Origin: Veleropilina oligotropha
Lineage: Eukaryota
Assembly (NCBI GenBank): GCA_048128005.1
Contig: JBEUKZ010000054.1
Span: forward strand, 558,001 to 622,000
Length of the DNA: 64,000 nucleotides
Direction: 5' to 3'
Both the position numbers and the translations under genes were made by a program. This document shows positions 1 to 13,203 of this stretch, in pieces. Within the stretch, counting starts at the first letter, position 1. Each line of letters opens with the position of its first letter. The notes beneath the pieces were generated by a model. The model was not told the DNA's origin and searched no databases. It worked only from the letters and a program-made list of their open reading frames with translations.

Positions 1-1473
1 TACGATCACGACATCACACAAGAACCGTAACGGCAAGCTGATTTCAGCATCTATATAGACTTATCCATAACTCTTTCAAAAGCCGTACGGTCAACGATCT
101 AACAGAATTGGAATTCTCGGTGAGCCCCTCTTTATTCAGTTCAGTCACAGCTGTCATTATAACTGGACGGTGAGTGCGGGGTTTCACTGGCTAACCTCTC
201 GTCATACGATGGATATGGACCCGAGACATGTTAAAAACAAGAGATTAATATAGCAACGATCCAAACCATATGTACTGTAAATAAATTAAAAATTTCACAT
301 ACAGAACATTTATTATTATCCCTGAGTAAACAACCATTGCGAAGCCAGAACCATACAAAGGCAGGAGCACAAGGTCAAACATCAACAACAAACAGGTTAC
401 AAGTTGACATGGACAAAAAATACAAGTTTCCTTCATTTATAATCTTAGAGCCTGTAAATTATACACAAGCCATGATGATGTATCGTTCTGATACAGCACG
501 ATACTACTAAATAAGGTCATGTGACCAGAGTTAGTACCGAATAAACTGCATCTAGAATATCGACGTAACGTCTTATATTTGGTGCATAAAATGAGATCAT
601 AAAAGATGTGTAAAAAAACCATGACATTACAAAAACAATATAACAATTTAATATAGAAATGGCACATTTGAAGTAAAAAGGAAATTTGGCAACTATATTT
701 CACTGAATGGAATTTCAATTATATTTTATGGATGCACATATGTTATGCGAGATGAAGAGACCGATGATGATATCCTCATTTACACCATGAGTATGGCACG
801 TTGATATCTCCTGATTTTCAGTATCATGGGTTAACATTATGCATTCCAACAAGCTCTCTTTATAGAGGTGAATGCAGCATTATCATCACAGGAAATACAC
901 TCGTGACTGCATACATGGCTATATTAGTTACAACAAGCAGAAATAAATAAATATCTAAATGATATTATTAATGCAATATATCATGCTAAACAAACAATAC
1001 ATAAAATATGTTTGGAAGAATGTGTTAAGGATTGATTATAAGCATCAGAACATTGCCTCTGAATATGGGTCAGGCATCATACAGTTCGGCCTTTGATCTA
1101 GCCAAGCAATAAAAGTTCAGATGCTAGTCATTAAATCGAGCCTAGATATTTGTGTATATATTATTGACATATGATACATACTGACATTATATGATTACAT
1201 GCTGTAATTGCTTGCTCAGAAACTGTTAATATCCATGATTAGAAATTTGAATTGTAAAACTTGATACGTACAACACAATTTACCTGGCTATAACAGAGTT
1301 GAAAATAAATCTAGAATTGTTATGTAATGCCTGACAAATAACTATCCGTAATAATTATGAGTACAGATAGATGACAAGAAAACTTATCAAGCCACACAAA
1401 CATGAAAAAAGCACTTTACTGCCTTGCTCAATTTAAAATAGTATATTGCAAGTTCTATTGCCGGAGGGTTCCA

Positions 1474-1829
1474 TCAATCAGAGTCCAAGCTGAATAATAT
1501 CTCATCCTCGGTTTGCTGATCATGCGTAAACTGTCCTATGGAGCTTCCATGTGGTTGAGTATTCTCGTTACTGGCTTCAGAAGGCGTGTTCATTTCAGCG
1601 TTGTTCTGCGACGAAGTCACGTGGTTGTAACTGACGGGTAAATCGCCGGCATCGACCACCGGAGGAGTATGTTCGTTAATAGACAGAGAGTGTTGAGCAG
1701 GAGGCGTACAGACTTTTTTGGAAGGCGAAGGTCCGACTTCTGTACTTTGGGCATCGCGAACGATGGTCGAGGTGGCAGCTGGACCGTGTGAGGGGGTGAG
1801 ATTGTTTGAGAATCTCGATCCGGGAGTAC
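1474..1829 (-). CDS. TIPIN: TIPIN last coding exon
   Basis: tttcag|GTACT acceptor with phase matching exon 7; GTPGSRFSNN...EDEILFSLDSD then TGA at 1476-1474, followed by AT-rich putative 3' UTR. Confidence 0.75.
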
Positions 1830-1945
1830 CTGAAATATGAATATTTAATGTAATTGGATTCCCAGACAACAGAGATTCCTGGTGTGTGATCTACAGTTAA
1901 CAATTGTAATCCAATCTATAACGAGCTTCCCTCGGCTGATCACAT

Positions 1946-4900
1946 GGACACGCCCTGATATGAACATGAAGGTTGGACACGCCCTGATATGAACATGAAG
2001 GTTGGACACGCCCTGATATGAACATGAAGGTTGGACACTCCCTGATATGAACATGAAGGTTGGACACGCCCTGATATGAACATGAAGGTTGGACACGCCC
2101 TGATATGAACATGAGGGTTGGACACACCCTGATATGAACATGAAGGTTGGACACGCCCTGATATGAACATGAAGGTTGGACACGCCCTGATATGAACATG
2201 AGGGTTGGACACGCACTGATATGAACATGAAGGTTGGACATGCCCTGATATGAACATGAAGGTTGGACACGCCCTGATATGAACATGAAGGTTGGACACG
2301 CCCCGATATGAACATGAAGGTTGGACACACCCTGATATGAACATGAAGGTTGGACACGCCCTGATATGAACATGAAGGTTGGACATGCCCTGATATGAAC
2401 ATGAAGGTTGGACACACCCTGATATGAAGGTTGGACACGCCCTGATAGGAACATGAAGGTTGGACACGCCCTGATATGAAGGTTGGACACGCCCTGATAT
2501 GAACATAAGGTTGGACACGCCCTAATATGAACATGAAGGTTGGACACGCCCTGATATGAACATGAAGGTTGGACATGCCCTGATATGAACACGAGGGTTG
2601 GACACGCCCTGATATGAACATGAAGGTTGGACACGCCCTGATATGAACATGAAGGTTGGACACGCCCTGATATGAACATGAAGGTTGGACACGCCCTGAT
2701 ATGAACATGAAGGTTGGACACGCCCTGATATGAAGGTTGGACACGCCCTGATATGAACACGAGGGTTGGACACGCACTGATATGAACATGAATGTTGGAC
2801 ACGCCCTGATATGAACATGAAGGTTGGACACGCCCTGATATGAATGTTGGACACACCCTGATATGAACATGAGGGTTGGACACACCCTGATATGAACATG
2901 AAGGTTGGACACACCCTGATATGAACATGAAGGTTGGACACGCCCTGATATGAACATGAAGGTTGGACACGCCCTGATATGAACATGAAGGTTGGACACG
3001 CCCTGATATGAACATGAAGGTTGGACACACCCTGATATGAACATGAAGGTTGGACACGCCCTGATATGAACACGAAGGTTGGACACGCCCTGATATGAAC
3101 ATGAAGGTTGGACACACCCTGATATGAACATGAAGGTTGGACACGCCCTGATATGAACATGAAGGTTGGACACGCCCTGATATGAACATGAAGGTTGGAC
3201 ACGCCCTGATATGAACATGAAGGTTGGACACGCCCTGATATGAACATGAATGTTGGACACACCCTGATATGAACATGAAGGTTGGACACGCCCTGATATG
3301 AACATGAAGGTTGGACACGCCCTGATATGAACATGAAGGTTGGACACGCCCTGATATGAACATGAAGGTTGGACACGCCCTGATATGAACATGAAGGTTG
3401 GACACGCCCTGATATGAACATGAAGGTTGGACACGCCCTGATATGAAGGTTGGACACGCCCTGATATGAACATGAAGGTTGGACACGCCCTGATATGAAC
3501 ATGAATGTTGGACACACCCTGATATGAACATGAAGGTTGGACACGCCCTGATATGAACATGAAGGTTGGACACGCCCTGATATGAACATGAGGGTTGGAC
3601 ACGCCCTGATATGAACACGAGGGTTGGACACACCCTGATATGAACATGAAGGTTGGACACGCCCTGATATGAACATGAAGGTTGGACACGCCCTGATATG
3701 AACATGAAGGTTGGACACGCACTGATATGAACATGAAGGTTGGACACGCCCTGATATGAACATGAATGTTGGACACGCCCTGATATGAACATGAATGTTG
3801 GACACGCCCTGATATGAACATGAAGGTTGGACACACCCTGATATGAACAGGAGGAGGAATTATGCTTAATGTCCTGTATATTTATAACATCGAGGTTCAA
3901 GGCAGGACATGTCCGTGTTATCGCGGGAGGAAACCCCAGTCGCCGGGTAAACCCGCCCTCTTCGGCCAGTCACGGACAACTGTGCTTCATAACTTGAACA
4001 AATGTGTGCTGCCTCAGCCGGGGGTCGATCCCACTACTGTTCGCATCAGCGGAAACAAGCCAGTGAAGTTAGAGTGGACACTCTACCCACTGCGCTACCG
4101 AAGCGGCCTGATATGAACATGAAGGTTGGACACGCCCTGATATGAACATGAAGGTTGGACACGCCCTGATATGAACATGAATGTTGGACACGCCCTGATA
4201 TGAACATGAAGGTTGGACACGCCCTGATATGAACATGAAGGTTGGACACGCCCTGATATGAACATGAAGGTTGGACACGCCCTGATATGAACATGAAGGT
4301 TGGACACACCCTGATATGAACATGAATGTTGGACACGCCCTGATATGAACATGAAGGTTGGACACACCCTGATATGAACATGAAGGTTGGACACACCCTG
4401 ATAGGAACATGAAGGTTGGACACGCCCTGATAGGAACATGAAGGTTGGACACGCCCTGATAGGAACATGAAGGTTGGACACGCCCTGATATGAACATGAA
4501 GGTTGGACACGCCCTGATATGAACATGAAGGTTGGACACACCCTGATAGGAACATGAAGGTTGGACACGCCCTGATAGGAACATGAAGGTTGGACACGCA
4601 CTGATATGAACATGAAGGTTGGACACGCCCTGATATGAACATGAAGGTTGGACACGCCCTGATATGAACATGAAGGTTGGACACACCCTGATAGGAACAT
4701 GAAGGTTGGACACGCACTGATATGAACATGAAGGTTGGACACGCCCTGATATGAACATGAAGGTTGGACACGCCCTGATATGAAGGTTGGACACGCCCTG
4801 ATATGAACATGAGGGTTGGACACGCCCTGATATGAACATGAAGGTTGGACACACCCTGATATGAACATGAAGGTTGGACACGCCCTGATATGAACATGAA

Positions 4901-5328
4901 GGTTGGACACACCCTGATATGAACATGAAGGTTGGACACACCCTGATATGAACATGAAGGTTGGACACACCCTGATATGAACATGAAGGTTGGACACGCC
5001 CTGATATGAACATGAAGGTTGGACACGCCCTGATATGAACATGAAGGTTGGACACACCCTGATATGAACATGAAGGTTGGACACGCCCTGATATGAACAT
5101 GAAGGTTGGACACGCCCTGATATGAACATGAAGGTTGAACACACCCTGATATGAACATGAAGGTTGGACACGCCCTGATATGAACATGAAGGTTGGACAC
5201 GCCCTGATATGAAGGTTGGACACGCCCTGATATGAACATGAAGGTTGGACACGCCCTGATATGAACATGAAGGTTGGACACGCCCTGATATGAACACGAA
5301 TGTTGGACACCCCCTGATATGAACATGA
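1946..5328. repeat. 29-bp minisatellite (GGACACGCCCTGATATGAACATGAAGGTT) in TIPIN last intron, split by a SINE
   Basis: About 100 near-identical tandem units with recurrent 23-bp deletion variants; source of the spurious long ORFs at 1845-5474. Confidence 0.97.
3850..4108 (-). mobile_element. tRNA-derived SINE, copy A
   Basis: Minus-strand head GGCCGCTTCGGTAGCGCAGTGG (A box) and GGATCGACCCC (B-box-like); V-domain-like GGGTTT...GGGGTTTCCTCCC core; (TCC)n tail; TGATATGAACA duplicated on both sides; close second copy at 12944. Confidence 0.85.
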
Positions 5329-5356
5329 AGAAGCAGCGTTCGAAACAAACACATAC

Positions 5357-5432
5357 CAGACTTAGCAGCTCTCCTCTCCATGGCAAGTTTTTTGTTCCTT
5401 TCAATCTTGGCTAGTTGTTCTTGGCCGATAGC
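5357..5432 (-). CDS. TIPIN: TIPIN coding exon 7 (RPA32-binding motif)
   Basis: ttcag|GCT...TCTG|gtatgt; AIGQEQLAKIERNKKLAMERRAAKS resembles the TIPIN EQ..RIERNK.LALERR motif. Confidence 0.9.
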
Positions 5433-5662
5433 CTGAAATAATCCAACAATATCTTCTACATTGCAAACATTCAAGGCAACTTGTCGTAAACATAGGGAGA
5501 GTGAAAATATGAATTCATCTCATTATATTTCGCTGGTAATGATGCACGAAACTTGCGTACTAAGACTATCCTGGCTGCTTTCATTCTAGGTGTGCTGTCT
5601 ATACGTACACCGTTCATGCTAGAGCTGGGTTCCTGCATTATAATAAAGTTACGAGTACGTAC

Positions 5663-5821
5663 CCCGTTCATGCTAGAGCTTGGCATGCTGTCAGTCTTCT
5701 CGGTGACGCTGGTGCTTGGCGTAGCGAGCAGCGTATTGAGGATGGACGAGCGCTTCTGGGATGCGTTCTCTTCGCACACGATTTCATCAAACACATCCTC
5801 CGCCTCACGGTCCACATCAGC
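5663..5821 (-). CDS. TIPIN: TIPIN coding exon 6 (low-complexity linker)
   Basis: tgcag|GCT...GGG|gtacgt; ADVDREAEDVFDEIVCEEN...SSSMNG; phase 0 on both sides; donor position slightly uncertain because of a local duplication. Confidence 0.75.
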
Positions 5822-6344
5822 CTGCAAAGAAATACAAGTGACTCAGCCGTACGTCAAGGGATTATGTTGTCCTTATTTTCATCCATTTAATCTGACAAAG
5901 CTCTAATGATACGAGTGAAACCGTAATCAGACCATGCAACATTTAGAAATACACACCATGGGCATGATTATTTGAACAATAGGCCTTCTAGTCTTAATTG
6001 GCCCATTGTTCCGCTAACAACCCAGACAAAGGTTGACTCGACACACTGGCCAGACTAAATGGAGTTACAATGGATTTGACATCTTGCCAGTGAAAAGTCG
6101 ATTTCTCATAACACCCCACGAGCGCATCATGTTGGGCAATTTAATGTTTTAAGGGGTGACAGCTTGCCATTTGCAATAGATTTCCGCGGTGTGTATAACA
6201 GATAATACAGCTGCCACCCCTCGGCGATATAAACATGACAGCCTTGCTCTCGTTCGGCCTGTTATGTGTATATATCGCCCAGGCTGACAGTGTATTATCT
6301 GTTACATAATAAAAATAGCTTCTGACCACGACATGCCTACTTAC

Positions 6345-6455
6345 CCGGTTATGATCATTGGTGGACGATGGTACATCATCATCATCATCATCTTTTGTAG
6401 ATGTAAAGTCATCGTTCAATATGGGCATGTCCAGCCGCATCCTCTTTATGCAAGT
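6345..6455 (-). CDS. TIPIN: TIPIN coding exon 5
   Basis: tttag|ACT...CGG|gtaagt; TCIKRMRLDMPILNDDF..., end of Swi3 domain. Confidence 0.92.
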
Positions 6456-7116
6456 CTAAAAGCAGACAAAATGATGACTGGTGTTAACTCCCCTATATCG
6501 ATAGGATCGAGTGAGATAACCAACTGGAAGGATTATCTCCCTTGGTTTTCAGTGGACTTGCGGTATATCACACGGCGGATAGATGGTGAGGGGAATGGAG
6601 AACGAAATGATTTGGAGATAGAAAAAGGATAACATCGGATGGAAAAGTGATATTGACGAGAAGGAAAGTGTCCATCGAAAGAGAGTGTCAGCGCCGGTGT
6701 CAGGAAGGGGACGACAATTGTATTTAAGGTAAATATTCAACTGGCACAACACTAATCCCTGATCTCAAATCTTTAATGGTACACACTTTTATTAGGAAGC
6801 ATATTTCCGAAGTCTGTCATAGTGATAATGTAGTTATGGATATCTTTCGGAGACGTCTTTGCACAGCTAGGTTGCTTCAAAGTTCTGACTGACATCAGTC
6901 ATGTCAGGGGTCGCCTGACCGCCAGAAGCAGTGATAGAAGTTGGTAATAGACGGGGTGCGACCATCTCAGGGGTCACCTGACCACCAGAAGCAGTGATAG
7001 AAGTAGGTCATAGACGGGGTGCGACATCATTCAGCGAAAGTATCTAGAACAAATTTCTACACTGTTGTTTACACAATTATGAAAATATACAATCAAACAA
7101 AAAATAATATTCCAAC

Positions 7117-7239
7117 CTGAACCTGTTTCTTTGTGCCCAGTTTTTCTATTCTTTCCAAAACCTCGCTGAATGGCATCCTGGGAAACAGGCGGTGCGTCCA
7201 ATGCTCTAGAAATCGCATCGCTACTTTCAGGTCTTCTCC
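7117..7239 (-). CDS. TIPIN: TIPIN coding exon 4
   Basis: ctcag|GGAG...CAG|gttgg; GEDLKVAMRFLEHWTHRLFPRMPFSEVLERIEKLGTKKQVQ (EHW.HRLFP core of Swi3 domain). Confidence 0.95.
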
Positions 7240-7699
7240 CTGAGAACAACAAGCAATATGGAAAAACTGAAGAATCTATTGGTCTTTGCATCATCATTTC
7301 CACAACGAAATAGCATTCACAATTGCACAATATGAATAAATTTGCATAACAAATGTTCATTCAGACAGTCTTTCTCATCTATTTTAGTCCTTCTTAATGT
7401 CCATATCCTGGCATAAAATGTGCTTCCGTTATTCATAACAAGTGGTTTGTGTAGTTTCTGATGATATAGCATGTTTAATATGTGTGTATGCCACTAAACT
7501 TCGCCTTTTCTGATAAGAAAAATCCGGATTGCATTTCATCGCGGCAGGTGGATAGATCTGTGGCGAGTATCTGGTGGCATTACTAGCAAGTACTGACAAT
7601 TGGAGAGTGACATGGACGCGACGAAATCGTGTAGTTCATAGATCGATAGTGATGGACATTTTGAACTTCAAGTAAATAATTAGTTGAGCCATTTACGGA

Positions 7700-8230
7700 G
7701 CAACTATTGTATTGAGGCTGTCTGTCTGTCTGTGTGGTGGTGTATGTCCACGATGAATTTACATGGCTCAACTATGCTTCCTCTCGGATGTGCTTGTTTA
7801 TTTGGCGACCAGTTATATTTTGGAGACAGCGAAGACGACGTCGAAAATAAAACTTTATTACGGCACTTTGTTCTCGGTCGTTTCGGACAACATGCATCCA
7901 CGCTTCAATCAGATGCCGTGGATAATGGCGCTGTTGTTAAAAGTCTACTAGGCGTCTTCTTTCAAGGTACTGCCGTTTTCTTAACATCTAGCCGTCTTTT
8001 GAAGCCCATCTTCCACTGCATATAACCCTCAAAGTCATCAGGCACTATGAAATGTTCTCCACATATAACGGCGGCAACGCTATGTGACTGGGCACGTGTC
8101 CACTCTGATCTAGTATTTTGATCGAATCGTTCTCATTTATTTCGACGATTCCGATTTATAGAAAATAAGTGCACCTATTGTCCCGTTAAGTACCGTTGCT
8201 GCAGTTTCGAACTACACATCTTTTGACCAT
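7700..8230 (-). pseudogene. Decayed THAP-domain ORF, probably a DNA transposon remnant
   Basis: Manual translation: MVKRCVVRNCSN..*..(frameshift)VHLFSINRNRRNK*ERFDQNTRSEW...ICGEHF..DDF...DVKKTAVP; C2CH ligands and AVP box of THAP, with stops. Confidence 0.7.
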
Positions 8231-8342
8231 TTTGAAAATACTGAGTTATTATAAATTCATTGTTTACTTGGCGAGCAAGTGTGTATTGAGATTATGTTAT
8301 TTCCCTGCAGTCAGACTCTGAGAAACATCTGGTTTCCACATG

Positions 8343-8649
8343 CAGGGTTTTTTCTAGCCTTTTCATTTTAGAAACTCAATTTGAATTTGTCCGAAACTCA
8401 ATTTGAATTTGGCTGAAATTTGTGATATACATAGGGATTTGGTCCACAATTAAGGAAATTTTGATGTCTAACAGTGTGAAATAGCCTGTCGTTAACATTT
8501 GCAAGTGTATGACAACTTATTGTGCATTCGATAAGTAAGAAACTGAACTCAAAAGTCATAAGAAACTCAATTTATGTCGCTAATAAACTCAATTTGCATA
8601 GTTTTTACCTCCTGTTACCGGAGGTAAAAAAGAGCTACAATAACCCCTG
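8343..8649. mobile_element. MITE with imperfect CAGGG...CCCTG termini
   Basis: CAGGGTTTTTTCTAGC at left, GCTACAATAACCCCTG at right; CACATG on both flanks; internal GAAACTCAATTT repeats. Confidence 0.55.
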
Positions 8650-8947
8650 CACATGTGATGTCACGAATTGGAAGTCTGGGCAAACAGAGCATTCATAATC
8701 AGGTCACAGAAAGGCTCTGTTTGAGATAGTTTTTCTGTCACTTCTAGATTAAATACGACATCAAATTTATCACAGTAAGCAAGATGGCAGCATAATAAAG
8801 CTTTGTAAGTGGTGTTTGGATAAAGTTTTATGTGTGAGACCCGGACTTTAAGGGAAGATGTTCTAGTTGTCGGATTTGTTAAAAATAAAGAACTTGTACA
8901 CTTACCAGCTTTGGTTTAATACGTGGAAGTGCCAGGGACCATCATCA

Positions 8948-9403
8948 TGCATGACATACATGAGAGACCCCTCGACATGACATACATGAGACCCCCCTGG
9001 CATGACATACATGAGACCCCCCGACATGACATACATGAGACCCTGCGCATGACGTACATGATATACATGAGAGCCCCCCCGGCATGACATACATGAGACC
9101 CCCCCCCTGCATGACATACATGAGACCCCCCCTGCATGACATACATGAGACCCCCTGGCATGACATACATGAGACCCCCCGACATGACATACATGAGACC
9201 CCGCGCATGACGTACATGACACCCACCCCCCCCCCACCCCTACATGACATACATGAGACCCCCGGCATAACAAACATGAGACCCCCCCCCAGCATGACAT
9301 ACATGAGACCCCCCCAGCATGACATACATGAGAGACCCCCCCCCCCCCCAGCATGACATACATGAGACCCCCCGGCATGACATACATGAGACCCCCCCGG
9401 CAT
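8948..9403. repeat. ~23-27-bp minisatellite (CATGACATACATGAGACCCCC) with variable C run
   Basis: Direct tandem repeats in TIPIN intron. Confidence 0.95.
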
Positions 9404-9427
9404 CGATAACAGACAGTGGAGTCATAC

Positions 9428-9503
9428 CTCATGTCCCTTTCCCTTGAAGGCAATATCATTGCAGCATTTTGGCAGAATCGGAATTCCTCGTTCGCCAGTT
9501 AAC
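9428..9503 (-). CDS. TIPIN: TIPIN coding exon 3
   Basis: cctag|GTTA...GAG|gtatg; encodes (R)LTGERGIPILPKCCNDIAFKGKGHE, matching the L..ERG.P.L....FKGKGHE signature. Confidence 0.93.
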
Positions 9504-9550
9504 CTAGGATATATAATACATCCATTAGACCACTATTGCGAATTTAGATA

Positions 9551-10440
9551 TCTTTCTATTAATTCCACAAATCTCTGTGCGTTTGTTTGCATGTTGGTTT
9601 GTCCTTATATCTCGAGAACCGTCGACCCGATAGTCTTCAAAGTTGGTGGGTGCATGACTGGCGACCCCGGGGAGTGCATATCAAAAGGTCAATGCCAACG
9701 GATATAGATTAAGGGTGTTTTTTAGCATTTTTTCGAAAACATATCGCTAAGCGCACGTTCAATAGTAGCGAACGTTACCTAACGCTTCTTGTGATAATGA
9801 ACGACAGTTGATAATTTTCGTCATACTAACAAATCAAGTCTCTAAATAAACAAGTAATTTAGAAAGTACAAGAATACATATTTTGCATCTGCATATTAAT
9901 ACCATACTGCTGATATTATTGAACATATACGTGTTGTACATAAACCATTTAACTATTAAAATTAACTTCATTAGGTATTGGATGAATTCTACTGCACATA
10001 ACCATCGCAAATTAAATTTTTTAAAAGCTTACTACGGTATGATATAAATTCGTCATTTGAAATGACGAGTCACTTTCAACGTGCGTTTGCACTGGAAACC
10101 AACATGTGTGCCGGCACATGTGTGGCTATAGTTATAACGTTCGAATATTTGTAAAGATCGGTCAGTGTAAAAGCCTCAACTAGCACATACAAATTCATTT
10201 CCCAATGTCTTTTCTTCCAAAATCAACTAAATTCATTTGACTTTCAACCCCGGCTTTCAACATGCCACAAACTACATACCGAAAATTACCTCACAAATTT
10301 TTAATCTGACAGACCAAAATATTATAATAGTACACTCCCCAGGTGTCAGGAAGTGCACCTATTGATTTAGGGGTCGAAAGGTCAATACCTCACTGATTTG
10401 AGCGTTGAGATATTTAATTAGCCCATGGGCACTGGCTAGT
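9551..10440 (+). mobile_element. Possible non-autonomous Helitron-like element
   Basis: Starts A|TC with GTTT-type simple repeats near the 5' end; ends with GCCCATGGGC hairpin followed by CTAG|T. Confidence 0.5.
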
Positions 10441-10825
10441 ATATATAACTTGGCAAATAGATTTAAAACACTCTGTCACATAGGCACTTGAATGTGATAA
10501 TTTACGACACCCTGTGTGTTGTCTGAAATCAATAATGCTGTTCGTAGGTTGACCGCTAATGCATAATATTATTTAGTTACACATGATAGTAAATCGAACA
10601 AAATTATTGAATTAATGTATTTTTCAGGTACATGTAGTGTTAACTTAAATTAAACAGAATATCTCAAATGATACAGAAAATCTAGTATTTAACAGCCGTC
10701 AAATACTATCGTTATAATACAATGAATCAACGTAATACAAATGCATGATACCACATTGATTGAAATTAACCACAAAGAATATTATGCATAAGATCTGCAT
10801 ATTTAAACCAATGTTAAAGGCATAC

Positions 10826-10919
10826 CTCGTTGCATCCAACTTAGGTTGTGGTTTGCGAACAACTTTTTTGGCAGCACCTTTTGACAAATCTTTTAGTCTT
10901 GACAAAACCTCCACATTAT
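10826..10919 (-). CDS. TIPIN: TIPIN coding exon 2
   Basis: ttcag|ATAAT...ACGAG|gtatg; encodes DNVEVLSRLKDLSKGAAKKVVRKPQPKLDATR, the start of the Swi3 domain (PKLDA.R). Confidence 0.9.
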
Positions 10920-12524
10920 CTGAAGTAAAATGATAGCATTTGTTCACTACGACATACATAAGTATTAACTAACAGTTGCCCATTGCCAATAAACACGTTC
11001 AACTTCCATACACAGTTTTAAGACATATTTCCACCAAAGATGTTTCAACTTTGTAATGTATGCATACAGACTCTGTGCAAATACTACTTTAAAGTGTTAG
11101 TTGAACGCCTTATGCTACTTAGATAGGTTAATACAATACACGATATATGCTATGAAAACAATACATGGTTAGAATCTTTGAAAAATTATCGAAAACATGT
11201 TTATTTTGCATGTTAATAACCTAGACGATGGCGTCGATAAAAACAACACGTAAACGGCTATCATTAGTTTTTCGCATATATCACGTACGAGGAGTATACC
11301 ACAAGCCAGAATGGCTGCTGTATGAGGAGTATCCCACAAGCCAGAATGGCTGTTGTATGAGGAGTATCCCAGAATGGCTGCCGTATGAGGAGTATCCCAG
11401 AATGGCTGCTGTATGAGGAGTATCCCACAAGCCAGAATGGCTGCTGTATGAGGAGTATCCCAGAATGGCTGCCGTATGAGGAGTATCTCACAAACCAGAA
11501 TGGCTGCCATATGAGGTGTATCCCCCAGAATGGCTGCTGTATGAGGAGTATCCCACAAGCCACAATGGCTGCTGTATGAGTATCCCAGAATGGCTGCCAT
11601 ATGAGGAATATCCCAGAATGGCTGCTGTATGAGGAATATCACAGAATGGCTGCTGTATGAGGAGTATCACAGAATGGCTGCTGTATGAGAAGTATCCCAG
11701 AATTGCTGCTGTATGAGGAGTATCTCAGAATTGCTGCTGTATCAGGACTCCAGGCGTATCCCAGAATGGCTGCCGTATCCCAGAAGCCAGAATGGCTGCT
11801 GTATGAGGAGTATCCCAGAATAGCTGCTGTACGAGGAGTATCGCAGAATGGCTGCTGTATGAGGAGTATCCCAGAATGGCTGCTGTATGAGGAGTATCTC
11901 AGAATGGCTGCTGTATGAGGAGTATCTCAGAATGGCTGCTGTATGAGGAGTATCCCAGAATGGCTGCTGTACAAGGAGTATCCCAGAATGGCTGCTGTAT
12001 GAGTATCCCACAAGCCAGAATGGCTGCTGCATGAGGCGTATCCCAGAATGGCTGCTGCATGAGGAGTATCCCATAATGGCTGCCGTATGAGGAGCATCTC
12101 AGAATGGCTGCTGTATGAGGAGTATCCCAGAATGGCTGCTGTATGAGGAGTATCCCATATTGGCTGCCGTATGAGGAGCATCTCAGAATGGCTGCTGTAT
12201 GAGGAGTATCCCAGAATGGCTGCTGTATGAGGAGTATCCCAGAATGGTTGCTGTATGAGGAGTATCCCAGAATGGCTGCCGTAGGAGGAGTATCCCACAA
12301 GCCCGAATGGCTGCCCAGCCCTCAAAGTTGCCATTTATTTCCACTGGCCGTCGGTTACCAACTTTTAAACTTTAGTGGCCAATTCAAAATTTCACAAGCC
12401 AGACAAAAAAAATTCAATAGCCAATATTAAATATCAATTTATATCAACTTATACATACAACACAACAAATGAATAAAAATAACCATTTTGACAATTATCA
12501 TGTAAATTAAAATTAAAAATAATT

Positions 12525-12848
12525 ATGTCTCCCCTACCCTGTGGGGAGACATATTGTTTTTGTGCTGTCTGTCCGTCCGTCTGTCACGCTTTGGTTTCCG
12601 GACGATAACTACAGGTCCCTTTCACATGATCTGCGGCTAAAATTAGAATTTCCTAAATTTTCGTTTGCGATTTCCTCTCCGGACGATAACTACTGTTCAT
12701 ACTTAGCGAATATGTTCATATTTACCAGGCAGGTTGCCTATCAGGATAGGACCTTTGGGATTGCATTTGAGGTCAATCGCTTAATTAAAGGCCACATGAC
12801 CCATGTTGCTAAAAATAGAATTTTGATTGCGATTTGCTTTCCTGTTAT
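12525..12848 (+). mobile_element. 5' fragment of a Helentron-associated (HINE/DINE-like) element
   Basis: ATGTCTCCCC...GGGGAGACAT hairpin followed by (GTCC/GTCT)n microsatellite. Confidence 0.5.
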
Positions 12849-12943
12849 GGGGAGTATCCCAGAATGGCTGCTGTATGAGGAATAACCCAAAATGGCTGCC
12901 GTATGAGGAGTATCCCAGAATGGTTGCTGTATGATCATGAGGA

Positions 12944-13203
12944 ATGAGGGAGGAATGATGCTTAATGTCCTGTATATTTACAACATCGAGGTTCAAGGCA
13001 GGACATGTCCGTGTTATCGCGGGAGGAAACCCCGGTCGCCCGGGTAAACCCGCCCTCTTCGGCCAGTCACGGACAACTGTGATTCATAACTTGAACAAAT
13101 TTCAATGCCTCAGCCAGGATTGAACCCACTACTGTTCGCATTAGCGGAATCAAGCCAGTGAAGTTAGAGTGGACACTCTACCCACTGTGCTGCCGAAGCG
13201 GCC
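12944..13203 (-). mobile_element. tRNA-derived SINE, copy B
   Basis: Highly similar to 3850-4108; B box GGTTCAATCC; 15-bp TSD GTATGATCATGAGGA at 12929-12943 and 13204-13218. Confidence 0.88.

Noticed and set aside
1676..1903. Alternative last TIPIN exon using the acceptor near 1891
   Set aside because: The 1829 acceptor gives a longer frame with TIPIN-like low-complexity acidic composition; not excluded as a minor isoform
3850..4108. tRNA gene
   Set aside because: A/B boxes present, but it has a long body, tail, TSD and a second copy, so it is a SINE
1845..5474. Six long (427-667 aa) repetitive ORFs
   Set aside because: Artefact of a 29-bp unit with no minus-strand stops; open in all three frames and intronic
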